Below are positions 13,070-25,101 of a stretch of DNA of 64,000 nucleotides, one piece after another. Source of the stretch: Podarcis bocagei (taxonomy: Eukaryota); NCBI GenBank assembly GCA_964188305.1, contig OZ076901.1. One strand, written 5' to 3'. Position 1 is the stretch's first letter; every line of letters starts with the position of its first letter. The translations under genes and the position numbers were made by a program. A model generated the notes under the pieces. That model did no database searches. It was not told the origin of the DNA and worked only from the letters and a program-made list of their open reading frames with translations.

Positions 13070-13075
13070 TTTATT
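13070..13075 (-). terminator. Probable polyadenylation signal of the TMEM45B-like gene
   Basis: tttatt (AATAAA on -) about 570 nt downstream of the stop codon. Confidence 0.55.
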
Positions 13076-13643
13076 GGCAATACACATATGTACACATATG
13101 CATATAGATGAATTAAACTGCATGCAGAAATTTCAATACAATACCAAATGTACCAGTCAGAACCACAATCTGGCCAACTTGCATTACAGATGTGGCTGTA
13201 GCTCTAATGGACCCCAGAGTGGTTTTTATAATGATCATGCCTAAAGGGTTTTGCCACTCATTTAACTGGGCAGCTTGACATCCAACCCATTGCTTACAAC
13301 CAAATCTAATTACAAATTGCATGTCCCATGCAGTGTAAACACAAAGTCCTCAAAAGGTCATCAGATTTGATGTATTTTTTTAAAAAAAGCCACAAAGTTC
13401 ATTAGCAGGACATTTTCCAGTGCACACTTTGGCCCTTGTATATAATTTTTTGGGAAGTTGCTGAGGTGAGTGTGCTTGCAGCTGAAGGCTCTGAACACTT
13501 ATATGAGGATAGAGCTTCTCCCCTTTTGCCGTTGACTACTATGTTTGTTTTTAATATAAAGAGCACCCTTTATGTCAGATGGGAACTAGAAACTTCACAG
13601 TGTTTTTTAAAAAATCTTGAAGAATAGGGGAAAATGAGACCCT

Positions 13644-13785
13644 TCATTTTTCATCTGAGATGTTCTCTGGTAGGAGGACAGGATCCGGGGTTCGGTTTTT
13701 CCTCCATAGACAACATGCCAAGTCCAGCTCCACATCCAGTTCCACTTCGACGTTTCCATAGTTTACTCCACGTCCGTTACTGCAG
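13644..13785 (-). CDS. TMEM45B: TMEM45B-like last coding exon
   Basis: tttgcatttctgcag|C TGC AGT AAC...GAT GAA AAA TGA; phase 2 fits the previous exon; ends ...VLLPENISDEK*, resembling recalled TMEM45B C-terminus ...LLSGSDEE. Confidence 0.8.
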
Positions 13786-14351
13786 CTGCAGAAATGCAAA
13801 CCCCCAAATATATTGATATACGCAACGGGGAGAAACAAAACCCATTTCAGCAAGTGCTAAAGAATTGACAGCAGCATAATTGTTGACCTCACGCCCTGTT
13901 CCCATGGAGGTTGCAAAGCAATGGTCAAGCCACACAGGCTGGCACACTGTGCAGTCATGATGCCAACCGTTGAGCATTGCTTGACGTCTGGCTGCTGTTA
14001 CTCCACGGGGTTCCTTTGTCTGCATTTCTCTGCCTACCACCTGATCCATTTTTTTATTGTTCTTGGTAGTTATTCTGTTAAGTTTTTACAACAGCTTTTT
14101 AAAAAATATTGAACTGTTTTATATTGACGTGAGTTTCTCAGAGAGTGTGAAGAAGGGTGAATAAGAAGGAAGGATTTTTAAAATACAGTAATGGCAGGCG
14201 GGGGGCGTATTTTTGAGCCACACACTGTGTCAAAGAATGGATGTTACTCCTTTTCAAACTGCTACAGGAACAATGTGCCACATACATTGTCAGTGTGGAG
14301 CAATGCACTGACTTGATGTGCATGACACATCAGTATTGGTATGAGATCAGT

Positions 14352-14730
14352 TATGTGGGTGATGCTGTGGTCTAAACCACTGAGCCTCTTGGGCTTGCTG
14401 ATTAGAAGGTCGGCAACTTGAATCCCTGCGACAGGGTGAGCTCCCATTGCTCTGTCCCAGCTCCTGCCAACTTAGCAGTTTGAAAGCACACCAGTGCAAG
14501 TAGATAAATAGGTACCACTGCGGCAGGAAGGTAAACGATGTTTCCATGCGCTCTGGTTTCCGTCATGGTGTCCCATTGCACCAGAAGCGATTTAGTCATG
14601 CTGGCCATGTGAACCAGAAAGCTGTCTGTGGACAAACTCCAGCTCCTTCGGCCTGAAAGCGAGGCGAGTGCCACAACCCCATAGTCACCTTTGACTGGAC
14701 TTAACCGTCTAGGGGTCCTTTACCTTTTTT
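14352..14730 (+). mobile_element. Sauria SINE (Squam1), longer subfamily
   Basis: tRNA-like head, core gtgcaagtagataaataggtacc, Bov-B-like 3' end, tttacctt tail. Confidence 0.9.
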
Positions 14731-15142
14731 GACCTTACTATTGGCTATCACAGGCCTGAAGTGGGGAGGGAGTATGTTTAAGGAGTGACAAAAGGAGAGA
14801 AGTTACTTGTTTCTCGCCTCTTCCCACAACTTTTTACACTGCTGTTTGAGGCTAGAGGATATGTGCCCTCTAGATGTTGTTGAGGACTCCCAACTCCTGC
14901 CAGCCCCTGCCAGCGTGACTAATGGTCAGGGGTGATGGGCCACTAATATATTCCAGCAACACCTGGAGGGCCCACAGATTGCTCATCCCTGTCCTAAGTA
15001 GAAAAGATTGAACACGGCCAAGACATAAGTAATGTCCATCCTTGGACTACCACTAGCCAACCATGGCTACCTGTTCCCACATGAAGCATTCCACTGGATC
15101 ATTTTGGGTTCACCCACTGCCTACCTAATGAGCACCACTTAC

Positions 15143-15288
15143 CGCTGACTGATGAAACCATTGGCTGCCATCACAAGAAGGCCAATGGCATAGTGCCAAA
15201 AGAAGCACATGGTCAGGAAGTTCTTGTTTCCATGCTCCTCTTGTTTCCAACCTGGACCTCCCCATGGTGGATACAGAACAAAGCCAAT
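15143..15288 (-). CDS. TMEM45B: TMEM45B-like coding exon 4 (not in ORF track in this frame)
   Basis: accctcag|ATT GGC TTT...CAG CG|gtaagt; [48 protein letters not shown](R); DUF716 motifs IGFVLYPP and TMCFxWHY. Confidence 0.93.
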
Positions 15289-16241
15289 CTGAGGGTTGCA
15301 AAGAGAGATGTCGTATCATTCAAAGCTACAGGAGTATAATATAGGACTTGCCAGGATAGCACCCACTGGTGTACAGGTGCCCAACAGAGGCCTGGTACCC
15401 TCAGAACCCCCTCTTCTTCCCCATCTTTGCTGAAATTCAAATGAAGTGTTTTGTTGCAGCCAGTTAAATTGGGTGTTGTGTGTGGTGCCCAAGAATGTTT
15501 CTCCAGTTTGCAAATGAACCCTTAAACTCAGAAAGGTACTTTGCTTCACAGAAGTGGTGCTGTTAGCTAATCTTAGGTTGCATTCACACCAAACCTCTAA
15601 AGCTCTGTGATGATACTACTTTAAACAGTCAAGACTTCCCCTCCATTTTTTTTAAAGGAGATGTAATTTAAGAGTGTTGGGAGTTGTTAGAAGTCCTTTA
15701 TTCCTTTCTCATAGCCACATTTCCCAGAGTGGTTTAACAGTCAATTCCGCTCCACAGCAAACTCTGGGAAATGTAGTATTGGGACAGAAATAGGAGACAA
15801 CACCCAGCACTCTTAACATAGCTTCCAGAATGCTTTGGGGAAGAATCCATGACTCTTAATTTAAAGTTCTCCCATAGGGCTTTAAAAGGATGGGGTAAAT
15901 AGTCTCCTCCCTGCTCTTTTTAGATGGCAATGTGTACCACTTCACTGACTTCAAAATATGATAAGCCTGCCTTGCTGCAACTGGGGCCCCTCCTGGTCAT
16001 TTTGCTGAGTAGGTCCCTGGACTTCTGCCCTAAGGTCCTGCCCTGATGGCGCCACTGGCTTACAGCCACCTTTTATTATTCCAGTGCATTTCTCACGGCA
16101 ACACTTTTCTCTTCGCACACACTTGCACTCCAGCACATGTTGGGGGGGGGGTATTGATTTAAACATTTCACAGACCTGGACATTAAATCTGAAGCACAGG
16201 CAACAGCAACCCCCCCCCCAGCCACTCTCCCTGCTACTAAC

Positions 16242-16426
16242 CTGCCAGAACCAGGATCCTTGGAGGATGAAGAGGCTGGCCCTGAAGAGCTCCAGGAGGG
16301 TGTGATCTCGTTGGAAGACCTCCAGCGAGGCACAGAGGGCAGCTCCAAACACAGCGATGCTCATGAGATGATAGAGATGTTCCGTCAATGCGGCGTCCTT
16401 GTAGTCATGGAAATAGAACAGGAAGC
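16242..16426 (-). CDS. TMEM45B: TMEM45B-like coding exon 3
   Basis: tctggcag|GC TTC CTG...TGG CAG|gttagt; (G)FLFYFHDYKDAALTEHLYHLMSIAVFGAALCASLEVFQRDHTLLELFRASLFILQGSWFWQ. Confidence 0.94.
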
Positions 16427-16989
16427 CTGCCAGAATCCAAACCACAGGGGACGATTACTCAAGAGCATTAGCAAAATTGGACCTTCAAGGATTCTTAAAT
16501 CAATATGCTTTGGGGAGCCTGCCTGCATGTTAAGCAGGTGTTTCCCTCTGCTTTCTATGTGTGGGCAGTCAAAGGCCATTTCAAGCTTTGGCCCATTTTG
16601 TCCCTGGCTGGCAGTGGAATATATTTTGATCATGCCTCCCAAGCTGCTCATTCCATATATTCTGAGGTTGCTGCACTCTAAACGGAGGTGGCGTTTTTAC
16701 TCAATGAGCATTGCTCATTGCACTGCAGCTCTTTGAGCTTTGAGATGATCTTGGCTGCAGAATGTGGGCATTTGTGAATCATGGTGTCTCTAGCACCAAA
16801 CAGCTGTAGTAGGGCGGTCACTTTACTTGTTGATGTGTGCTTTGCATAATTCTCAAAGCGATTGGGGGCTTACTAGTTTAGAGAAAAGGCAAGGAAGAGG
16901 CAACATGATGAAAAATTTGTAAAATTATTCATGGCATGGAGAAAGGTGGCAGAGAAACCTTTTTCTCCCTCCTAACAGTACAACTAAGA

Positions 16990-17339
16990 GGGACGCAGGT
17001 GGCGCTGTGGGTTAAACCACAGAGCCTAGGACTTGCCGATCAGAAGGTTTGCGGTTTGAATCCCCACGACGGGGTGAGCTCCTGTTGCTCAGTCCCTGCT
17101 CCTGCCAACCTAGCAGTTCGAAAGCACGTCAAAGTGCAAGTAGATAAATAGGTACCGCTCTGGCAGAAAAGTAAACAGCATTTCCATGCGCTGCTCTGGT
17201 TTGCCAGAAGCAGCTTAGTCATGCTGGCCACATGACCTGGAAGCTGTACACTGGCTCCCTCAGCCAGTAAAGCGAGATGAGCGCCACAACCCCAGAGTCT
17301 GCCACGATTGGACCTAATGGTCAGGGGTCCCTTTACCTT
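16990..17339 (+). mobile_element. Sauria SINE inserted in an older CR1-like LINE fragment (about 16870-17540)
   Basis: Full length; TSD taacagtac(a/g)acta at 16973-16986 and 17340-17353. Confidence 0.92.
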
Positions 17340-18167
17340 TAACAGTACGACTAGGGCATGTCTAGCAAAGTTGAATGCTGGAAGATTCGGGGCAGATAAA
17401 AGAAAGCAATCTCTTCACACAGAGCATAGTTAAAGCATGCAACTCATTTCCTTGGTAGGCAGTGATGTCCACCAACTTGGCTTTCAATTAGGATTGCACA
17501 AATTAATGGAGGCGAGGACTATCAGTGGCTCTTCTTCATGGCGGCTGTGCTTGGTCTCCATGGTCAGAAGCAGTTGCTGGAAATCACAATAAGGGAGAGG
17601 GTTCTGGTGCTTCAGAGAAGTGTGAAAGACGAATAATAGCTGTGTTGTGGTTCACATACGGATTCAGGAAGTACGAAAGAGGTAGGTTCACATCACATTG
17701 CGAGCTGAACAGATTTCGTCCCTTAAAAGCACCCTGCTAACATTTTCATTCGATAGCAGCTGATTAAGGTGGAGTTCATCTGCAACACAGGAGGCTTTTT
17801 GTTTCGACAGCCTTTGGAAAAAAGCAGTCACTGAAGGTGGGACCCTGTGCAGTGAGAGATCACCAGCTTTGCATGCAGAAGAGACCTTGTCTGGTTCCTG
17901 GACCCTTAAATTATAAAAGGATGTAGAGCAGCTGGGCTGATTGCGGGGGAAGTGGGGAGAAATACCCCCTGAAAAGAGTTGGAAAGGTGCTGCTAAGAGC
18001 AGACAGTACTGATCTAGATAAACACAGCAGTGTGACTCAGTATAAGGCAGCTTTGTGTGTCTGGTTATTGCTAAATTAATATATCAGGATACATTCAAAA
18101 TATTTTTTTTAAAGCTGGGGTAGGAAACTATAATGGAAAATAAACTAGCCTCTTCCATAAACCGTAA

Positions 18168-18184
18168 TTGCCCCCTAGTGGCCA
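18168..18184 (-). promoter_or_regulatory. CTCF-binding motif
   Basis: Reverse strand reads TGGCCACTAGGGGGCAA, a near-perfect CTCF core, within unique intronic sequence. Confidence 0.6.
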
Positions 18185-19028
18185 TTTTATGTAAATAAAC
18201 TACTCGCCAATTCTCCAGTTGCCTATTTGCTGCGATTAGGTGATCTGCATGTGTATTCAAGATCACATAATACAGTCTTGCTAAGCCTCAAGTACTTAAC
18301 GCTCCATGATTCTGCGCTTATAATGGCTAGCGAACATTAGAATTACCGCTCCACACTTGAGTGCATGCTAAAAAGACTGCGGAATAAAGCCTTTCCCCCC
18401 ATGTCCCTAATTATGTGTACAAAAGACGGTTACTCGTCAATAAATCACAATGGTTATAGCCCACAGGCTTTTGTGCTCTGGTGCTCAGGGTGGGAGTGCC
18501 ATTTCTTACGTAGTCCAAATGGCATCACCCTCCTGCAGGAGAAGAGGTATCAGCAGGCGTTGGGGAAACTGTGGTTTGCAGAAGCACAGCTCATAGCAAC
18601 CATGAGCCGTGCCTTCAGTTTCGTGGGCCCGACTCCATGGAACTCCCTGCCACAAGAAGTTAGGCAGACACCATCTTTACTGAGTTTCAGATGCCTAGTC
18701 AGAACTTTTTATTTCAGAAGAGCACTGGGCTTCCAGAAACTGGTATTTCAAAGCATTATTGCCTTTGACCACCGAGGCAGAGCACAGCCATCCTGGCTAA
18801 TAGCCATTCATAGCCTTCCCCTGCCTGAATTTTAAATCCATCTAGGTTGTTGGCAATCACTGCCTCCTAGCTAGCAGAATGTCTTGTGTTTACCCTGCCC
18901 CAAGGCTCCAAAGCTTGGAGAACAATCCCTGATTGTCTTTAGTTGGGGGCAGCTGCCATTTCTCATCACGACCCTTTTGACTTGTCTATCTTAATGCTTC
19001 GGACCATTAGCCTCTGTTCATTGCTCAC

Positions 19029-19241
19029 CTTCTGCAAACAAAGCCAGAGCCAACAGGAGGCGATCCAGCCCCACCGGCAACTTGAGCGACGTATGGACGA
19101 GGACATCCGCCACTCCAGAAAAGCCATAGAAGAGGTACATGGTCATGTGCTGCCAGCTCATCAGCTGGACCCAGTCTTGGGTCTCGCTGTCGTAGAGAGA
19201 AAGGTGGGGTCCGCCCGGGACCAGCTGCTCAGCCAATATTC
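19029..19241 (-). CDS. TMEM45B: TMEM45B-like coding exon 2
   Basis: ccttacag|GA ATA TTG...GAA G|gtgagc; (G)[70 protein letters not shown]. Confidence 0.95.
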
Positions 19242-19457
19242 CTGTAAGGCAGGACACAAGTCATTTTGCTTCCTTAGCAGAGCGAAGGACTGGACAAAAT
19301 TTGAAGGCAGGTGTACATGATAGGGTGGAAAGGAAGAAAACAGAGCACACAGCAGAAAGAGCAGTAAATGCAAGTATTTAGGAAGCCTCCTGACCTTAAA
19401 CTCTTACTGGCTTAGCAAGTAATAATGTGCCTCACTGGGGTTCTTTACAAGTTACGA

Positions 19458-19593
19458 CAGGCACCCCCAAACTCAGTCCTCCAGATGTTTTGGGACTACA
19501 ACTCCCATCATCCCTAGCTAACAGGACCAGTGGTCAGGGATGATGGGAATTGTAGTCCCAAAACATCTGGAGGGCCGAGTTTGGGGATGCCTG
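19458..19593. mobile_element. Palindromic hAT MITE (136 bp)
   Basis: TIR caggca(c/t)ccccaaactc; whole element self-complementary; 8-bp TSD agttacg(a/c). Confidence 0.9.
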
Positions 19594-20299
19594 AGTTACG
19601 CACAGGCTAAGGATGAGCCACATGTTTGCTGATTTTCACACTAAAACCTGCTATTTCAATGGCATGACTTCTTTTTTTTACATACACACAAACTCAGCAA
19701 CTCTGTTTTCCACCTGTTTAATGTGAGGCAGTTATTCAGCTGAGTGGTCTTTCCAAGGCCACAATGTCTATGCTCTGTCTCCGCCATGGGAGGCAATCTG
19801 TCTCTGAATATCCACCGCTGAGAATTGCAGGTGGGGAGGGTGCTGTTGTGCCCACGTCTTGCTTTCAGGATTCCTACAGGAATCTGGTTGGCTGCTGTGA
19901 CAACAGGATGCTGGACTAGATGGGCCTTTGGCAACTCCAGCTCGGGCTGATTTGTGATTAGTGGCCCTGCCTAGAGAAAGCCGACCAAATGCCACATGCT
20001 TGTGTTACATCCAGGCTACTGTATGGGGCTGCCCTTGGTTTGGAAACGGCAGTCGGTACAGAATGTGCCCAGCAGGACACTTGTGGCTAGTCTGCAAACA
20101 TGGGCAGAAGAACCCACTACACTTACTCTGTGCCAGTTATATTGGCTGCCATTTCAGTTCTGGCCTCCATTAAAAGTGCTGGTCTTGCCCCCGATGCCCT
20201 AAACGGTGTGTGATCAGGTTGTCCAAAAAGTCGCCAGCATTAAGATCAGCCTCTGAGGCTCTGCTCTCTGGCTTGCAGTCAGAAGGCTGGCGCAGAAGG

Positions 20300-20547
20300 T
20301 AGCCAGTGTGGTGTAGTGGTTAAGAGCGGTAGACTCGTAATCTGGTGAACTGGGTTCGATTCCCCGCTCCTCCACATGCAGCTGCTGGGTGACCTTGGGC
20401 TAGTCACACTTCTCTGAAGTCTCTCAGCCCCACTCACTTCACAGAGTGTTTGTTGTGGGGGAGGAAGGGAAAGGAGAATGTTAGCCGCTTTGAGACTCCT
20501 TCAGGTAGTGATAAAGCGGGATATCAAATAAATAAATAAAAAAAAAA
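20300..20547 (+). mobile_element. tRNA-derived SINE (Squam3-like)
   Basis: A box gtggtgtagtgg, B box ggttcgattcc, core gggtgaccttgggc, A-rich tail. Confidence 0.85.
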
Positions 20548-21110
20548 GGTAGCGGCCAGGTTGCTTTGGAAGCAAATTGCCACCAGCATGTAGCACCGTG
20601 TTTGCAGTATTTGCACTGCCTACCATTCTGCCACGGGCCCAAACCCAAGGTTTTGGTGTCAACATATAAGGCCCTGAGCAGCTCAGGACCAGGTTCCTTG
20701 AGAGACCTTATATACCCATTAGGTTGCTGCATTCTATAGGAGAGTTTCTTCTTCACTGGAGGCTTTTAAACAGTGTCTGGGTGGCCATCTGTCAGAGACT
20801 CTTTAGCTGTGATTCCTGCACTGCAGGGGGTCAGACTAGATGACCCTTGGGATCCCTTCCAACTCTACAATTCTACAAAGTCCCTAAAGTATCAGAAGCT
20901 TTGCTCCCCCAGTAACTCAGAGCAGGGCTTTCAGTGTGGCTGCCCCTGCTTTGTAGGACAGCATTCCCACTGAAAGTGCATATCTGCACTCTCCGAAAAC
21001 AACTGAAGTCATTTTTTGTTGCAACTAGCCTTTCCAGGAAGATGAAAAGGTCTCTGCCCTTAAGGGTTCATTTTGTACTGTTTTCAAACTTATTTCCAGT
21101 CGTTTCTATG

Positions 21111-21149
21111 GAAGAAGAAGAAGAAGAAGAAGAAGAAGAAGAAGAAGAA

Positions 21150-21195
<46 letters not shown>

Positions 21196-21427
21196 TTGGA
21201 TTTGATATCCCACTTTATCACTACCCGAAGGAGTCTCAAAGCGGCTAACATTCTCCTTTCCCTTCCTCCCCCACAACAAACACTCTGTGAGGTGAGTGGG
21301 GCTGAGAGACTTCAGAGAAGTGTGACTGGCCCAAGGTCACCCAGCAGCTGCAAGTGGAGGAGCAGGGAAGTGAACCCGGTTCCCCAGATTATGAGTCTAC
21401 CGCTCTTAACCACTACACCACACTGGT
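21111..21427 (-). mobile_element. tRNA-derived SINE (Squam3-like) with compound (GAA)n(GTA)n tail microsatellite
   Basis: Reverse complement of the 20300 copy; tail 21111-21195. Confidence 0.85.
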
Positions 21428-21632
21428 AGGACTGTAAATTTCCCCCAGACACAGTGGCGGAGTGACATGCTCCGGCACCCAGAGTGGTGAACAGACGGGG
21501 GTGGGGCTGGTGCGTGTTGCTCCCCCCGCCCCCACGTTTGTCTGCCAGTGCCGAGACATAGATATAAAAAAGTTGATTCATAATGGTACATCATCTCTCT
21601 TGCAGAAGGAAGATGACGGTGGAGTATAGTAC

Positions 21633-21816
21633 CTCCTAGAGCAAAGAAAGCTTTCATTGTTCCTTCGATAATATCCATAGATTGGATCCAATGGCTGTGC
21701 GGGTTGCCTGAATCCAGCTTTAGAAGAATGTACTTTATGGGGTATTTGATGGACCACCACAGGCCAAGCATCAGGAAGAAGTTCCCGCGAAGAGCACTGC
21801 CAATAAAGCTGGGCAT
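21633..21816 (-). CDS. TMEM45B: TMEM45B-like first coding exon (exon begins at 21830 with 14 nt of 5'UTR)
   Basis: cttgttttgaag|ggtcaagcgcaacgATG...GGA G|gtacta; MPSFIGSALRGNFFLMLGLWWSIKYPIKYILLK...IIEGTMKAFFALG; the five exons join in frame to 870 nt (289 aa + stop). Confidence 0.92.
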
Positions 21817-21917
21817 CGTTGCGCTTGACCCTTCAAAACAAGAAGAGGAAACCCACAGAGAATGTCAGTGACTGCATGTGCTATGTGGTTGTGAAACCAT
21901 TCCTCTGCCCAATGAAA

Positions 21918-22061
21918 CAGCACAGTCGGTTAAGCATGAGATTCTTAATCTCAGGGTTGTGGGTTCGATTCCCACATTGGGCAAAAGATTCCTGCATTGC
22001 AGGGGTTTGGACTAGATAACCCTTGTGGTCCCTTCCAACTCTACAGTTCTATGGTTCTATG
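21918..22061 (+). mobile_element. tRNA-Lys-derived SINE with CR1 tail (Squam2-like)
   Basis: gcatgagattcttaatctcagggttgtgggttcgattccc head; ttccaactctac...ttctatg tail. Confidence 0.75.
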
Positions 22062-22294
22062 TCCTTATTTCTGGACAACAGTGAATGCAGAGACCCAGAA
22101 GGGGGGAAGCGAACTGCATCAAGAGTGCTGTGGCTGGCTCACATCTGACTCAGTGACACAATGAGGTCACAATGCTGACTTCAGCTGCATTCATACGACC
22201 GTTTATTCCATTTCCCTAACTGTCAATTCCCATATTTGAGCTTCCACACACTGTAAAAGCCACTTCTGTAAATATAGTGGAATATAGCTCAACT

Positions 22295-22548
22295 TGAGTG
22301 CCTTTACCAAAGGTGTCATGGGCTTTGAAGACACTCGAACTCAGGATGCAAGGGAGAAATGTGCTAAGAGGAAGGCATGCTTGGCAAATCCATACTGTGA
22401 TCAACTCCCACCCGGAAACCAATGTCCCCACTGTGGAAGGACGTGTGGATCCAGAATTGGCCTCCACAGTCACTTATGGACTCATTGTTAAAACCGTGTT
22501 TATGGAAGACAATCTTACTCAGCTACGAGTGATCACCAAAGAAGAAGA
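22295..22548 (+). mobile_element. RTE-clade LINE 3' end
   Basis: ORF ends in C2H2 knuckle CPHCGRTCGSRIGLHSHLWTH*, short 3'UTR, (GAA)n tail. Confidence 0.8.
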
Positions 22549-25101
22549 TTTGTTTCCAGGGGGAAAAGTCTGTCTGCAAATAACACAGAAATGGGTGCTT
22601 TATTTGTGCTATATTCTGCTATATTTATGGAAGTGGCTCTTATGTCATGTGATGGTTCAAATATTATGCAGAAATTAACAGGGAAATGTCGGGAGAACGG
22701 AAGCTGTCGGTTACCAACACCAGCGCATGAAATTTGGAACTCTGAAGAATGTTACATACAAGATATCCTCCCTTTGGATTTTCAGGCACTTTTGGGAGAC
22801 TTTTAAAAATGCCGATAGGCCTATGCTGATTAGCCAGCATTCTAATGATTAATTTGTCCCATTTTAATGGTTTTTCACTTTTCATTGTTTATATGCTGTT
22901 GTACACTCCTCTTACATATAATGAGATGATGGAAAAGAAATACATTCCTGCTTTTCTTTTTGTATTGTCCTTATAATAAACACACACACTTACTTGCACA
23001 CCACCCCAATCTTCGAGTGGTACAAGTCTCCAGGAGTTCCAGGTGCTTTCCCAACACTCATGTTTCCTTTTGGGAATGAGGCACAGGGGAGACTGTGGTG
23101 TCTTTAGCATATATGGTTTATTGACACATATGTACAAGCTAAGCTTATGATGGAGGGATTCGCAGTATCAACACCCCAAAAGGGTCTTGTTTCTCCCATA
23201 GCCACAGCTTTGGATTCAAGCAGAGACCCACCATTTCTCTACCTCTCTGGCTTTTCTGCTTGATACCTTGCTTCTCGGCCACAGAACTCCTAACTCTCAA
23301 CACTGCCTTCATTCATTCTCACTGTCTGCGAGCTGAGAGATTTGTCTCCCACAAAGCCCCTTCCTTTGGTCTCCTTTCGCCTCACCAAGAAGCTAGCCTG
23401 GCTTGATTAGCTTTTAACATCTGCTGAATCCAAGTCTGGCACCCAGCTTAAATTCCCACATTTACTGGATCCAGGGATTAGAGAGGTCTTGCACTCACAA
23501 ACTCAAAACAATATAGATGCAGAGGCAAACGTAAGGCACATTTGGTGTTTTTCCAGAGACCATTTGTCTCTGGAAACCTGCAATTTCGTACCCTGAATTT
23601 TATGCTTTGAGCTTTAATTTCATTTTTGTTTGAACTGCAGTTACTATAAGCATAATTGCAACACCATCTTTCACTCTGCTTCTCTCTGCAATTTAAGCCT
23701 AACTGTATATATCTGCCTTCCTGCCAGGTGGATAACTACTTCCACGGCAAGGTCTGCATGTTTTCCATCTGCTCAGCCCCACTCAAGGGAGTGGGGAGGC
23801 TTTAACCCTTTCTGAAAGAACCTTGTTCCTTCCCTGCATAAATTTGCTCGCCTGCCCTGAAATGTCACCTCCTCTGCTTTCATACACCCAAAACGCTAAG
23901 CCAATTTATACACATGAAAGCTCTCTAGCACATAGCATCAACAAAATTTGGCAAAGTATGAAGGCTGTGCTGAAGGAAAATTGCCATGGTTTTGAAGTGC
24001 ATAGGGAGTCTACAACACATTTCCCAACAGGAAGAAAACAACCCTGTTGTGCAAGGAGAACGGCAAACTTCCTTTCCAACATGGCAATTAATTTGGTGGA
24101 CCAATACCAGAGCCAGGCTGCATGTAGCTTTGCCAGAGCTTTGAAAAACTCATTTAATGTCTTCAGTCTTTATCACCAGTGAGCTGTAGAGTCAAAAGCC
24201 CAGCCAATGATAGTCCTAATCAGAGTAGACCTATTCCAGTTGATGAACATGAATAATTGCAGCTCGATTGTGGAATGCTCTCCCCAGGGAGGCTAGCCCA
24301 AGCACCTTCATTGCATATCTTTAGGTGCCAGGAATACATTCCTTTTCAACTAGGCGTTTGGTTGTTAATCTATGGCATTTTAAAGTTGGTGGGTCTAACA
24401 ACAACAACAAGAACAACAACAAGAACAACACCACCACAGTGTTTGAGAGAGGGAGGAAAACTTCTCTAGCCACTTTCTCCAAATCACACATAATTTTCTC
24501 CAAATCATGCATAATTTTATAAACTTCTATCATTCCATGCTGCAACGTTCTATTGCAGGTCCCACTAATTTCCTCCCAGGAGCTCAAGGTGGCATGCAAT
24601 GGTCTCCCTCCTAGAGAGGGAGAGGGAGATAGACTGGTCTAGTGGGCTTCACGGCTGAGTAGGATTTGAACAGGGCTGGATTAAGACACACTGAGATCCC
24701 AAGCTATGCCAAGCTAAAGATCCCCCATAGCAGCACCAAAAAACATTTATTCTAAAGGAAAGAACAACAAAAATAGAAATAATAAAGTAACTATTTCTTC
24801 CACATCAGAATAATAATGTCTGATTTAGCCTCTGTAACATTATGTTCCAACTGGACTACTGCAGGACGCTCTGCTTGGGGCAACCCTTGACGGTTGTTTT
24901 CTGTTTCTTTTATCGAGTTATGCAAAACTTTAAATTTAGTCATTCATTTTGTATTTAGAGGCTCCAAGCTGAAGCTTCCTGAGCTTGGGCATAAAACTGC
25001 TGGTGGTTTTGAACCTGGGTCTCCCACAGAAACCCCTTTTTTCAGCTGGAACTTGCCGGAACCCAGTTCCAGCACTTCTCAGGTGGGTGCCATTGCCATT
25101 A

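Noticed and set aside
20934-21429. Poly-E/K/S ORFs, and poly-Y/I/L or RE-repeat ORFs elsewhere
   Set aside because: Translations of microsatellites
23060-23520. Further LTR-like segments (also about 26560-26760, 29570-29970 and 42750-42850)
   Set aside because: LTR-like poly(A) context and some mutual similarity, but no termini or TSD could be fixed
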